From positions 4,160,001-4,224,000 of the forward strand of contig OY969763.1 of assembly GCA_963702845.1 (NCBI GenBank): a stretch of 64,000 nt of DNA. Direction: 5' to 3'. Made by a program: the position numbers and the translations under genes. The notes beneath the pieces were generated by a model that was not told where the DNA came from, did no database searches, and was given only the letters and a program-made list of their open reading frames with translations. Of this stretch, positions 36,333-47,954 are shown in pieces (the first letter of the stretch is position 1; every line of letters begins with the position of its first letter). The DNA comes from an uncultured Verrucomicrobiae bacterium. GTDB taxonomy: Bacteria; Verrucomicrobiota; Verrucomicrobiia; Limisphaerales; Palsa-1400.

Positions 36333-37184
36333 CTAGGAGTTAGGCTCAGTCTCCTCAGTGTCCTCTGATACCGATTGCGCATTTCCAGAGGCGTAACGGC
36401 GCAAATATTTAACAGCAACTGCGATGTCCCTCGGCCACGGCGCTTCGATCTTTACTTCGGCTTTGGTGATCGGATGAGTGACGATCAATTTTTCGGCGTG
36501 CAAAGCCACTCGATCCATCAGCGGTCGCTCGGTCTTACCTGGCTTCAGCCGATAGTCATGTTTCAACGACGAAAGTAGCAACGGTTGTCCGCCATAATCT
36601 TCGTCGCCGACAATCGGTAACCGCACGTGTCTCAGATGAATGCGAATCTGGTGACTGCGCCCGGTGAGCGGCCGGCATTCGATCAACAGAACTCTGCCGA
36701 ATTTTTCGCGAATCGTGAATTGCGTTTTGGAGCGTTTGCCGTTTTTCGGATCAATGCGCATCAGTCCAAGTCGTAGTTCGTTCGGGGCAAGCTTTGCGTC
36801 GACCTCAAACGTGTCACCCGGCGGAGTTCCACGAGCGAGTGCAACATAGACTTTGTGCGGTTTTTCCGAACCGAACTGAGCCGCGAGATCGATGAGGGCG
36901 GGTTTGTCTTTCGCGAGCAGGATGACACCGCTGGTTTGGAAATCGAGCCGGTGCGCGTTCATCAGGTAACTGAGGTTGCGCGACTTCGCCCACGGCTTCC
37001 CCTGCTCTATTCCGGCATGGAGTAGTTTCATCAGGTTGGGCCGATTCGGATCATAACGATCGGGAGAAACGAGCAAGCCCGCCGGCTTATCAACAGCGAG
37101 CAGGTGTTCGTCCTCGTACAGAACCGGGATTTCCCAGAACTCTTTTGTGGCCGGCGAAGAAAGTTTAATCATGTCTCCAGCCAC
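36333..37184 (-). CDS. RluA-family RNA pseudouridine synthase
   Basis: VDKPAGL, HRLDFQTSG (catalytic Asp), TGRSHQIR, PIVGD.DYG, LHA. Confidence 0.93.
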   Translation of the reverse strand: MAGDMIKLSSPATKEFWEIPVLYEDEHLLAVDKPAGLLVSPDRYDPNRPNLMKLLHAGIEQGKPWAKSRNLSYLMNAHRLDFQTSGVILLAKDKPALIDLAAQFGSEKPHKVYVALARGTPPGDTFEVDAKLAPNELRLGLMRIDPKNGKRSKTQFTIREKFGRVLLIECRPLTGRSHQIRIHLRHVRLPIVGDEDYGGQPLLLSSLKHDYRLKPGKTERPLMDRVALHAEKLIVTHPITKAEVKIEAPWPRDIAVAVKYLRRYASGNAQSVSEDTEETEPNS

Positions 37185-37366
37185 TCAATCTGACACCGAC
37201 GCGACTTGCTTCAAGCCTAAATCGAGCCCAATCAATCCTACAATTCGCTTTAACAATCCCCCGATCGATCAACGCCTCGACACTTTGCGGAAGCGTCGCT
37301 CTCGGTGCCCTGTCAAGTTCGCGCATTGCGCGTTGCAGATTGCGGCGGTTGTGTCTAATTAACTGC

Positions 37367-37825
37367 ATGACGACGAGCACCACCCGCGGGCGAACGCCCG
37401 AAGGGGTCAAGCAATTCTCGATTTTCACGCCCAATCGGATGGGGCGTCTGTATGATTTGATTACGCTGCTGAGCTCGCACGCAATCACAGTGCTGGCGAC
37501 CACGGTGCTGGACACAACCGACAGCTCGATCATCCGTATCATCGTCGATGACCCGGACAAAGCCCGCGAGCTGTTGACCAAAGAAGGATTTGCTTTCACC
37601 GAAAGCGAAATGGTGGTCGTCGAAATCGATGCTGTGACGAATCTGAACAAGTTGATGGCCGCACTGCTCGAGGCGGAGCTGAACATGAATTACATGTACT
37701 CGTTCATCCCGCAGTCGCAGGGTAAATCGATGCTGGCGTTGAACATGGAAGACAATGATATCGGCGAGAAGGTTTTGAAGAAGCACCAGTTTCACGTCTT
37801 GAGGCAGTCGGACATCAGTCGCTGA
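37367..37825 (+). CDS. Tandem ACT-domain protein
   Basis: KQFSIF..NRMGRL, IRIIVDDPDKA, N.NYMYSF. Confidence 0.8.
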   Translation: MTTSTTRGRTPEGVKQFSIFTPNRMGRLYDLITLLSSHAITVLATTVLDTTDSSIIRIIVDDPDKARELLTKEGFAFTESEMVVVEIDAVTNLNKLMAALLEAELNMNYMYSFIPQSQGKSMLALNMEDNDIGEKVLKKHQFHVLRQSDISR

Positions 37826-37942
37826 TCGGGGATTGCCTGAGGGCGGGAACACGTCTTGGGAACAAAAAGTCATTGACCCGAATCAATGCTGTTTTAAGCT
37901 CCCCCTTCGCAGACTTTAACCAACACACACGCAATATTATTT

Positions 37943-38380
37943 ATGAATACGATTGTTCCATTGATTAGTTCTGGTGTCGCAGGTCCCTTGGGCGTTTTGC
38001 ATCTGCCCCGCCTGTGGCTGAAAGCTTCTCTCGAAGCATGCGGCAAACTCGCTCCCGGTTATCCCGGCGCCGGCCAAGGTTATGACCAGATGGTCATCAG
38101 CGGCCTCGGCCTGCAGCGTGACGCGGTTTTGAATTTCATCAAAACCAGCAAGCCGACCTATCCGCAATTCGAAGCTTGGGTCAAGAGTCAGCCCGGCGTG
38201 AAGCTCGACAAGGCTTCGATCGACAAGCTTAACGGCTCGATCGTCGGTTACATCCATGACGATGCGACTCGCAAAGAAATCCTCGGCGCCAGCGGTCTGC
38301 CGGACGGATCGCCTCGCGACGCCGTGAACCTCAACAACCTCGACGACTGGCAATGTTTCCATGCGGCGGTGTTGAAGTAA
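37943..38380 (+). CDS. DUF5069-like protein
   Basis: GPLGVLHLPRLWLK, GYDQM, LDDW..FH; upstream TTGACC-16-TAAGCT. Confidence 0.7.
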   Translation: MNTIVPLISSGVAGPLGVLHLPRLWLKASLEACGKLAPGYPGAGQGYDQMVISGLGLQRDAVLNFIKTSKPTYPQFEAWVKSQPGVKLDKASIDKLNGSIVGYIHDDATRKEILGASGLPDGSPRDAVNLNNLDDWQCFHAAVLK

Positions 38381-38399
38381 TCGCAGCACAAATAAGTTT

Positions 38400-38437
38400 G
38401 GCCGGCGCGAGAGACAATCTTGCGCCGGTCTTTTTTT
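38400..38437 (+). terminator. Intrinsic terminator
   Basis: gccggcgcgaga-gacaa-tcttgcgccggt followed by a T tract. Confidence 0.8.
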
Positions 38438-38528
38438 GGCTAGAACTGCGCATCAGCAAGCGGCTGTTTTGAAACTGCGCGACTTAACCCGCTTGCTCAC
38501 GCGCGCGGCTCTGTTATTGGTTACTAAT

Positions 38529-39071
38529 ATGAAACCGGAAACTCTTCACGTTGGAATGAAAGTGCGGCACCCCGATTACGGGCTCGGCACAGTCAAAAGC
38601 GTTTCAGAACATTTTGCTGATATTAGGTTTGATGAAGGCCTCAAGACAATCGCGCCGGATCAAACCGATTTGCAACCGGCCGAAGCGCAGGCCGAGATCA
38701 CCGGAAGCTCCGTTCCGCTGAGCGTCATCATTGGCGAAACGGTGGCGGCGCTGGCAAAGGAACTTGGATTCGAAAAAGACGACAGCATTGTAGAAGAATT
38801 GGGCGCACGCTGGCAAAAAGGCACGATGGTTTTGCGTCCCGCCGATGGGAGTTTGCAGCCGAAAGAGATTCCGCTGGAAACGTTCTTCCACAAGATCGTC
38901 ATGATGCGGAACAATTTTCGCGTGCTGGAACAAAAGATCAACGGCCACCCGCAATTGAGCGACGCGGAAAAGGTTGAGATGCAGCAATACATCTCACGCT
39001 GCTATGGCTCGATGACGACGTTCAATATTTTGTTCAAGCGTGAGCGCGACCAATTCAAGTCGGGGATGTAA
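38529..39071 (+). CDS. Conserved hypothetical protein
   Basis: N-terminal V.HP.YG.G.V SH3-like motif; FFHKIVM.R...RVLEQKIN, YI..CYGSMTTFN. Confidence 0.7.
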   Translation: MKPETLHVGMKVRHPDYGLGTVKSVSEHFADIRFDEGLKTIAPDQTDLQPAEAQAEITGSSVPLSVIIGETVAALAKELGFEKDDSIVEELGARWQKGTMVLRPADGSLQPKEIPLETFFHKIVMMRNNFRVLEQKINGHPQLSDAEKVEMQQYISRCYGSMTTFNILFKRERDQFKSGM

Positions 39072-40995
39072 TTGGGTTGGGTTGAGTATTGCGTTGCTGC
39101 TCGCGTTCGTTGACGTGAACGCAGAATCGTTGCCGAAAGGCTACACGGCGATCAAAGCGTCGGCGCATCGGCTTCAAACAGGCGAGCGTGTTACCGAACT
39201 GGGGGAATTCGTTTTACCCACGCAGATTACCGCAAAGCAAAACGCACTGCTTGTTTCGCCGATTCGGCTCAAGATCGAGTGCGAGTCGGAGGTGAAAGGC
39301 ACCTCGAAACTCGTCTCGAAAACGAAACAAACCGCGACGTGGACCTGGAACGGCGATTCAAGCGACATCTCGACTGATGTGAAAATGACGGGCGAGTGCG
39401 ATGGATTTTGCTGGTATGAAATCCGTGTCACTCCAAAACATCCGGTGAAGGTTCGTTCGATCGCTCTCGAAGTTCCGCGAACAACCAATACCGCTCGCTT
39501 CCTGCACACCGCGAACTATTCGTGGTCGAATCCGTCGGGCGGCTTTCCGGAAATGGGTGGGAAATGGAATGGGGCGTTCATGCCTTACATCTGGCTGGGC
39601 AACGAAGATTGCGGTTTGGCGTGGTGTGCGGAATCGGATCAAAGTTGGAATCTGCGCGATGCATCGCATGCGCTCGCCATCACGACGCGAACGAACGATG
39701 TATTGTTTAAAGCGACTTTCCTCGACCACGAAGAAACCATCACGAACGCACTCACTTTTCGTTTCGGTTTGCAGGCAACTCCAGTGAAACCGGTGTCGTT
39801 TGCGTGGCGCGCGAATGCGCGGATTTTGCACGACATTCATTTTGAATCTGCCGATGTCGGCACGAATGGCAGATGCGAATTGGACGACATTGCAGCGGGT
39901 GGCGCTAAGACAGTCGTGATCCACGATTCGTGGACAAAATATTTCGGACAAATAGTTCCAGCGGATGCGGCGCGCTTTCGCAAATTGATCGATGTCTGCC
40001 ACACACGCGGGATGCGCCTGCTCGTTTACATTGGATACGGTGTCGCGCGCACCGCGCCCGAATTGCAGGGCAAGCATGACGAATGGTCGACTGTTCCTTT
40101 GATCCCGTGGGACCCGGGTTACAAGCCTGAGATGCGCGCGTTCGACGCGACGTGTCCGCGCAGCGGTTGGTCGGATTGGCTCGTGGCTGGCACGGATAAA
40201 TTGTTCACCGATTTTGATTTGGATGGTTTGTATTTCGATGGCACGAGCGAAGCGTGGGTTTGCCATAACCAGGCGCATGGCTGTGGGTGGAAAGATGCCA
40301 GCGGCAATTTACATTCAAACTACCCAATGCTCGACTCGCGCAAACTGATGCGCCGGATGGCGGACACGGTTCATCGCCACAAACCGGATGCCATTCTCGA
40401 TGTGCACATGTCATCGAACTTCACCGTGCCGACCCTTTCGTTTTGTGACAGCATTTGGAACGGCGAACAGTTCGAAGGCCACACCGTCGGTGAAAAGTTC
40501 CAGGTACCGTTGCACGCATTCCGCACCGAATTCATGGGCTACGCGCAGGGTCTCGATGCGGAATTTCTCTGTTACGAAAATCGGCCGTTCACTTTTGACG
40601 AAGCCATTGCACTGGCATGGTTGCACGGGGTCGAGGTGCGTCCCTATCCGAAAACATTGGTCAAGGTCACGCCAATCTGGCGCGCGATGGACCGATTCGG
40701 GGTCACGAAAGCCGAATGGAAACCGTATTGGAACACACCGATTGTGATGCCCAATTCAGCGGCCGTGAAGATTAGCGCGTGGACACGCACCAGTTCAGCG
40801 CTGCTTTTTGTCAGTCATCTGGAGCGCAAACCGGAAGTCGTGCATATCACGCTTCCAGGAAAGAAGGTCAGCGTAACCGACGCTGTAACCGGCGCGCCGG
40901 TAACGGTCACCAACAAAACCGTGACGATCGACTTTTCAGGAATGACCTATCGACTATTGGAAGTGCGCGGGATCAGTCGGAGTTTTCGTGACTAA
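39040..40995 (+). CDS. Secreted putative glycoside hydrolase (DUF6067-like TIM barrel)
   Basis: FGLQATPVKP, H.RGMRLLVY, DGLYFDG, PYW motifs; start codon uncertain. Confidence 0.65.
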   Translation: MSATNSSRGCNWVGLSIALLLAFVDVNAESLPKGYTAIKASAHRLQTGERVTELGEFVLPTQITAKQNALLVSPIRLKIECESEVKGTSKLVSKTKQTATWTWNGDSSDISTDVKMTGECDGFCWYEIRVTPKHPVKVRSIALEVPRTTNTARFLHTANYSWSNPSGGFPEMGGKWNGAFMPYIWLGNEDCGLAWCAESDQSWNLRDASHALAITTRTNDVLFKATFLDHEETITNALTFRFGLQATPVKPVSFAWRANARILHDIHFESADVGTNGRCELDDIAAGGAKTVVIHDSWTKYFGQIVPADAARFRKLIDVCHTRGMRLLVYIGYGVARTAPELQGKHDEWSTVPLIPWDPGYKPEMRAFDATCPRSGWSDWLVAGTDKLFTDFDLDGLYFDGTSEAWVCHNQAHGCGWKDASGNLHSNYPMLDSRKLMRRMADTVHRHKPDAILDVHMSSNFTVPTLSFCDSIWNGEQFEGHTVGEKFQVPLHAFRTEFMGYAQGLDAEFLCYENRPFTFDEAIALAWLHGVEVRPYPKTLVKVTPIWRAMDRFGVTKAEWKPYWNTPIVMPNSAAVKISAWTRTSSALLFVSHLERKPEVVHITLPGKKVSVTDAVTGAPVTVTNKTVTIDFSGMTYRLLEVRGISRSFRD

Positions 40996-41052
40996 TAATT
41001 CATTTGCGCCTGATTGACGATGGGCCGTTGGTGCAGTTGTATTCGAGGCGTG

Positions 41053-42042
41053 ATGAAATGGACCTTTACCATTGGTTTCGCGTTCGGGTGTTTAATTCTG
41101 AATTCCGCAACTGCGGCATTGCTCGAGAAAGTCGCGGACGTTCCTCTTCCCGGAGGCGCCACACGTTTTGATTATTGTTCGTTGGATGCCAATGGCGCGC
41201 GACTCTACTTCTCGCACATGGGCGACGGTGAGTTGATGGTCTTCGATACAAAGACCGATAAGTTGGTGGCGCACTTGCCCGGGTTTCCAACGATAACCGG
41301 CGTGCTCGTCGTGCCCGAGCTGAAGCGGGTCTATGGCTCGGTGACTAAAAATCATGAAGTCGCGGTTATCGACACCGATACGCTCAAAGTGGTGAAGAGG
41401 GTTCCGGACGGAAAATTTCCAGATGGCTTGGCGTTCTCACCTGAAACACAAAAGCTCTACGTGTCCGACGAGGCGGGTGGCGTTGATACCGTCATCGATA
41501 CGAAAACGAATCAGAAACTGCGCACGATTGATTTAGGAGGTGAGGCTGGGAACACGCAATATGATCCAACCTCGCATCTGATCTTCGTCGCGGTGCAAAC
41601 GCGTAACCAGATGGTCAGCATCGATCCGAAGACCGACAAGATTGTCGGTCGCATCGATTTGAAGGGAGGCAAACATCCGCACGGCTTCTATATCTGTGCC
41701 GAGGCCAACCGCGCTTTCATTTCATGCCAGGACGACAACAAATTGGTCGTTTTCAATTTGGCTTCGCACGCTGAAGAACAGGTGTTTGACGTTGGTCGCG
41801 ATCCCGACGTGCTCGCGTTTGATGGTGATTTAAAACTGCTCTACGTCGCCTGCGAAGGAGGCGGTGTTTCCATTTTCAAATGGCGCGGTGACAAATTGAC
41901 GAAGGAGGGCGACGAGGAGGTCGGCCCCAACTCGCACACCGTGGCGGTCGATTCCAAAACGCACAAATCCTATTTTCCGCTAAAGAACATCAATGGAAAA
42001 CCAATCCTGCGCATCATGCATCCGGGCGCTGCGCTACAGTAA
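41053..42042 (+). CDS. YncE-family beta-propeller secreted protein
   Basis: Signal peptide, RFDY, PDGLAFSP, AGNTQYDP, PDVLAFD, HTVAVD. Confidence 0.8.
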   Translation: MKWTFTIGFAFGCLILNSATAALLEKVADVPLPGGATRFDYCSLDANGARLYFSHMGDGELMVFDTKTDKLVAHLPGFPTITGVLVVPELKRVYGSVTKNHEVAVIDTDTLKVVKRVPDGKFPDGLAFSPETQKLYVSDEAGGVDTVIDTKTNQKLRTIDLGGEAGNTQYDPTSHLIFVAVQTRNQMVSIDPKTDKIVGRIDLKGGKHPHGFYICAEANRAFISCQDDNKLVVFNLASHAEEQVFDVGRDPDVLAFDGDLKLLYVACEGGGVSIFKWRGDKLTKEGDEEVGPNSHTVAVDSKTHKSYFPLKNINGKPILRIMHPGAALQ

Positions 42043-42116
42043 GCTGCCACTTAACGTGTAATGTATTGACTCACAGGTTTGTCGGTTTATGATGCGTAAG
42101 TTGTTCCACGTGCCCA

Positions 42117-45100
42117 TTGAGTACATTAGCTTCCACTTCTTGCCGTTTGTATGTTCGATTGTTCGGTCACCGATTAATTTGGTTATTTCTCCTGGTTTGC
42201 TTTGCACCCAGGCTTTACGCACAAACTGTCGTTGTCACTAATTCGAATCTTGCGCTGACGATCAGTGGCAAACCGGTTTTCGGTTTAGCCGTTTCGCCCG
42301 GACCACCGGTGGGTGCTGTGGCAGCAACCGGCATCGATGCGCTGGACGAGCTTCGTAGCGGCGGAATCCAGCTTTATCGAATTCCGGTATCGCCGACGTG
42401 GAAGGCGACGTCGAACACGTTGAACTCGGCGATGGTCGCGACGAATCAAGCGGCGCTGGATTGGTGTGCGGCGCACGGGATGCTGTCGTTGGTGAATCTC
42501 AATGACCTTTCCTCCTTCACCTCCAGCGACACGAACACACCGGCGCTCCTTAGAACAATTCTCAACATGTGGCAGAACCATCCCGGACTGGGGATGTGGA
42601 AAAACAAAGACGAAGCATGGTGGGGCGGCACCTCTGAAGCCGATCTGCAGCGCGGCTTTGACATCATCCGCACGCAGGATCCGAATCATCTCGTCGAACA
42701 AACGCACGCGCCGCGCGGCCAGGTTTCCGATCTTCAACCGTACAACAACGCCGCCAGCGTGTTGATGGTGGACAACTATCCGGTTGTGATTCCTGCCGGT
42801 AGCGCATCGAATCCGCCGATCACCAATACGCAAGTCAGCCAGTTCGGAGATTGGACGCACGAACTGTCTCAAGTCGCCAACGGCACACGAACATTTTGGA
42901 TGGTCGAACAAATTGCCTTCAGCGGCACAGTGCCGCCGAGTCACGTGCTCGTGTTTCCAACATTTCAACAGGAACGGTTCATGGCGTATCAAGCAATCGT
43001 CAACGGCGCGCGCGGGTTGATGTTTTTTGGCGGTAACGTCGCGAGCACTTTGACTAATTCGACTGATTTCGCTCTCGGATGGAACTGGAGTTTTTGGACG
43101 AACACACTCAAGCCGCTCACGCTTCAACTCACGACCAACACACCGCTTTCCGATGCGTTGGTTGCGCCGGAAAGTTCTGCATTCATTACGATATCCGGGA
43201 CATCGTATCCGGACATTGAATTCTGCGGTCCGCGAATCCGGCACGAACCTTTATATTCTCGCAACGAAACGCGAGGGCGCGACGGTGGATGTTACGTTCA
43301 GCGGGTTGCCGAATTGGGCAAATTCCGGCGCAGTGCTGTTTGAATCGAATCGGACGGTGAGCGTTTCCGGCGGGCAGTTCACTGATTCTTTTGCGCAATG
43401 GGATGTGCACGCCTACAAATTTACTTACACCGGCACTGCGCCAGTGTTCGATTTGATACCGTCGAGTCGCACCAATGTGACGAACTCGACGTCGGTATTC
43501 ACTGCGTCGGCAATTGGCCCCGGCACGTTGTCGTATCGCTGGCGCAAAAATGGCACGCCTCTGACTGATGGTGCGAACGTCGCTGGTTCGCTGACGGCGA
43601 AGCTAACAGTTTCGAATATCGCGCCGACTGATGCCGGAAGTTATGACCTCGTTGTGACGGGCACAGCGACGATCACGAGCGCGCCTCCTGCGGTGCTGAC
43701 TGTCGTGACGGATTTGCCGCCTGTCTTCGCGACTCAACCAAAGGGCCAGACGAATTATCTCGGCAATCTGGCAAACTTTTCCGTGACCGTCTCGAACGCG
43801 ACTTCTGCGACGTATCAATGGCGTCATAACGGAACGAACATTTCCAACGACGCACATGTTTTTGGCAGCACAGCGAGTTCATTGACGATTAGTCCACTGA
43901 CGATTTCAGATGTGGGCAGTTATTCCGTTGTCGCCGTGAATGCGGCTGGTTCTACGACCAGTTCAGACGCGGTTCTCGGCGTCGTGGTTCCACCCAGCAC
44001 CGCGAATTGGATCGCGATGTGGTCGTGCACGCCTGGCGTGAATGCCTGGTCGACTGCGAATGGCGGTGCGAACACGCCGAACGAACGCACGATTGGCTAC
44101 AGCGCTCTTTCAAACCAGCTCTTCATCGTCCAACGCAGCGGGTCAAATCCGACGATCTACGTGCTCAACGCGACGAACGGAACATTTCTCTACACGCTCA
44201 ATACGAATGGTCTCAACTTCACCAATTACAATGGAAACATTCCGCTTTGTGGAATCGCGGTCGCTGATGATGGCACGGTTTACGCCTGCAACAACGACAC
44301 GTCCGGCACCGGTTTGCCGACATTGAAGATTTATCGTTGGCCAAATTCCGCGCCGACGACGCGACCATTACTAATTTATTCCGGCGATCCGCTCGGTGGC
44401 GTGAATGCGCGTTGGGGCGACTCTTTCGACGTTCGCGGCAGCGGCATGAGCACGGTGCTAATGACCGACAATCATCAGCCGAACACTTCGAATAATTCGC
44501 TCAATCCAGACATCTTTGTGCTGACACCATTGGAAGTGACGCTCAGCAATTGGACGGGAAAATATTACGCTGAAGATATCGTTAACAATCCGTCCTTCAG
44601 TTCCACCATTGGTCACAGTCTTCAATTCGACAGCACTGGAACGAATTTCTGGCAGAAACATTCCGGCCAACCACTCGCGAAAAATTCATACAACCCGAGC
44701 GGCACAAACGGCAGCTCTGCGAAATGGGTCACCAACTACACCACGTGGCCAGCGAATGAAGGCCCGGTCGCCTATGTGACTCAAAGCAACTTGGTGGCAG
44801 GCATCAACTTCTCCGGAACGGCAGGCACCTCGCCGGACACGATTGAACTTTACAGCGTTACAAATTTCAACTCCCCCACCCTGCTTTGCTCGGCGAATTT
44901 TCCCGTGAACGAGGTGGTGAATGTAAATCGCATCGGACAGGTGATCATCACAACCAACTACGTATTCGCATTGGACGCGAACAACGGTTTGCTCGCCTTC
45001 CGTCTGACCGGACCAGCGGCACCAAGTTTTCTTTTGCAGCCGCAGTCCCAGACGGTCCCGACTAATACCGCAGTCACGTTCAGCGCCGTGGCACAAGGAA

Positions 45101-46974
45101 CGGATCCGCTGATTTACCAATGGAAACTCAATGGCTCACCCATTTCAGGTGCGACCACCAACGTGTTTGCCATTGGTTCAGCGCAAACAACGGATGCGGG
45201 AACCTATTCCCTTGTCGTTACGAACCAATATGGTTCGGTCACCGCGACCGTAGTTATTGTTGTCACCGTTCCACCGGCTATCGCTACGCAACCAACTGAC
45301 CAGACGGCAAACCTTGGCGGCCCGTTCGAATTTTCGGTTTCGGCTACCGGCACACCTGCGCCAAGTTACCAGTGGTTTCACGACGACGTTGCAATTGCGG
45401 GTGCAACCACCTCGGCCTATTCCAAGAGTAACGCGCAACTAAGCGATTCGGGCATTTACTACGTCGTCATCACTAACCTCGCCGACGAAATCACGAGCTT
45501 CGAAGCAATGCTCGCGATCATTCCGCAAATTACAACGCAGCCACAAAACCAGACTGTCTTGCAGGGGAACACAGCCGCGTTCAGTGTTAGTGCGCAAGGC
45601 ACGGCCCCGCTAAGCTATCAATGGAATTTCAACAACGCTCCAATCGCAGGCGCGACCACGCCCACTTACACACTTGCAAACGCGCAATTAGGTAACGCTG
45701 GGAGCTACTCGGTTGCTGTTTCCAATAGCGCTGCGTTGGTAACGAGCGCAACAGTGACACTGTCCGTCGTCCCTTCGGCGACGCGTCTGCTGAACATCAA
45801 CGTCGCATCAAATCACACCGCCACGATGCTTTGGAACACGGACATCGCCGCGAACTACACGCTCCAATACAAAAACAGTCTTCTCGACGCGCAGTGGACT
45901 TCGCTCTCAAATATCACCGCGTCCACATCAACAATCTCAGTTTCTGACAGCGCTGGCACGAACAGGCAACGATTCTACCAGTTGAATCGAGCGGGCCGAG
46001 CCAGCGACATTGGCGGGTTCGTCACAGTCGATTTACTCGGCAATTCCGACTCGTATGTATCGCACGCCTTCGTCCGTCCCGCCTCGACAGTCACTCTTGT
46101 CGGATCGATTGGCGGAAACATAATCACTGTCAGCGATGCACCAAATTGGATAGCAAACCAGTTCGTTTACGCCTCGGGTTCTCAATCGAATACCTATTAC
46201 GTTCGATTCACCTCCGGTGCAGCCGAAGGCCGGATTTACACGGTCACGGCAAACTCAGCCAATTCGGTAACATTGAATCTCGGCGGCGACACGTTGGCAG
46301 GAGTGCAGGCCAGCGACGGATTCTCGATTGAACCGTATTGGACGCTTGGCACGGCTTTCCCGAATGGCGCCGGCATTTTTGCATCGCCCACCCCGGGCAA
46401 CCGCTTCACAGAAATTCTTCTGGCCTCCACCAACAACGGCGTGAACCTCAGCGCGTCGGCCGTTTGTTTTTTTAACGCCGGGATCTGGAAAGAAGTCGGC
46501 CTGGGCAACACAAGTGAAAATGATTTAGTTCTCCCGTTGAATTCGCATTTTATCGTGCGCCACAATATTCCGACAAATTCGACCATGATTTGCGTCGGGG
46601 TCGTCGCCGGATCGAAGCTCATTCTTCCGCTGCGCACCGGAACGACGACAGCGCAAGACAACTACGTCAGTCTAGCACGGCCTCTACCGATCACTCTGAG
46701 TGATTCTGGACTCATTTCGAGCGGCGCGTTTTCCGCGAGTCCATTGCCCGGAAGCCGCACCGACGAATTGCTCTACTTCGACAACACCATCGCGGCGCGA
46801 AACAAATCGGCAACCGCTGTTTATTATTATTGGAGCGGAGCTTGGCGGCAGGTGGGTGTCGGCACGGTTGACGTTGGTTCGACTCCAGTCTTCGGCGCGG
46901 GCAACGCTGCTATCATTCGCAAAACGACCAATAACGTCTCGCCGGTGTTTTGGACGAACGCGCCGAATTGGTAA
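42117..46974 (+). CDS. Very large secreted protein: GH-like TIM barrel, Ig-like repeats, propeller-like region, FYxL-type domain, TIGR02597-like C-terminal domain (frameshift ~43210-43230)
   Basis: DE active-site-like motif, D.YP, GARGL.FF; Ig repeats QP..QT...YQW..NG...D.G.Y; upstream promoter TTGACT-16-TATGAT (42066-42093). Confidence 0.7.
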
Positions 46975-46976
46975 AG

Positions 46977-47933
46977 CTACACGGCAAGAATGTCGCGCAT
47001 GACATCTGCGTCCACATTGCCGCCGCTGAGAATAATCCCGACCCGTCCTTGCACCTTCACCGCTTTGCTTAAAATCGCAGCCAGGCCGAGCGCGCCCGAC
47101 GGTTCCACGACCAACTTCATTCGGTAAAACAAAAATCGGACTGCATCTTTAATTGCCGCCTCCGAAACCGTGTGCATTGCATCCACGTTTCCGAGAATCA
47201 ACTTAAACGTGTGATTACCCAGCGACGGCGTGCGCACACCATCCGCGATCGTTTGCGGTTTTTCAACGCGCTGCAATGTCTTCGAGTAAAATGATCGATT
47301 GGCATCGTCAGCACCGACCGGCTCAATTCCAATCACGCTGCATTTCGGCGCGAGATGCTTTGCGGCCACTGCGGTCCCGCTGAGCAAGCCACCGCCACCA
47401 CATGGCGCGAGCAGACAATCAAGGGACTTCACCTCGTCGATCAGTTCTGCGGTCGCGGTGCCCTGCCCGGCTATTACGTTCAAATCATCAAAAGGTGGCA
47501 CCATCGTGTAGCCCTGCTGCGCTTGCAAATCGTTCGCGAGTTTCTCGCGTGTGTTCGTGTCGCCGTCATACAGTACCACTTCAGCGCCGTATCCCTCAGT
47601 CGCAGCGCGCTTGCTGGCGGGAGCCGTTCGCGGCATGACGACACTGGCGTGGATCCCAAACATTTTACACGAGAGCGCTACCGCTTGCGCGTGATTGCCG
47701 GAAGAATAAGTCACCACACCACGCTTTTTCTGCCCAGGCGTGAGTTGTGAAATCGCGTTGTAAGCGCCGCGGAATTTGAACGCGCCAATCCGTTGCAGGT
47801 TCTCACACTTGAAGAAAACTTCCGCTCCCATCATTTCATTGAGAGTCCGCGAAGTGGCAACGGGCGTCACATGAGCCTGCCCACGCAAACGTTCGCGAGC
47901 CTCGCAGATTTTTTTAAAAACTTCAGATGACAT
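46977..47933 (-). CDS. PLP-dependent Ser/Thr dehydratase family (threo-3-hydroxyaspartate ammonia-lyase-like)
   Basis: FKCENLQRIGAFKFRGA, SSGNHAQ, GGGGLLSG, VEPSGA, LSGGN; no ACT domain. Confidence 0.9.
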   Translation of the reverse strand: MSSEVFKKICEARERLRGQAHVTPVATSRTLNEMMGAEVFFKCENLQRIGAFKFRGAYNAISQLTPGQKKRGVVTYSSGNHAQAVALSCKMFGIHASVVMPRTAPASKRAATEGYGAEVVLYDGDTNTREKLANDLQAQQGYTMVPPFDDLNVIAGQGTATAELIDEVKSLDCLLAPCGGGGLLSGTAVAAKHLAPKCSVIGIEPVGADDANRSFYSKTLQRVEKPQTIADGVRTPSLGNHTFKLILGNVDAMHTVSEAAIKDAVRFLFYRMKLVVEPSGALGLAAILSKAVKVQGRVGIILSGGNVDADVMRDILAV

Positions 47934-47954
47934 CGACGCCTGACAGACTAGCAG

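Noticed and set aside
42102..42117. parS site (tgttccacgtgcccat)
   Set aside because: Only the first 11 of 16 positions fit TGTTCCACGTGGAACA; the right arm is broken
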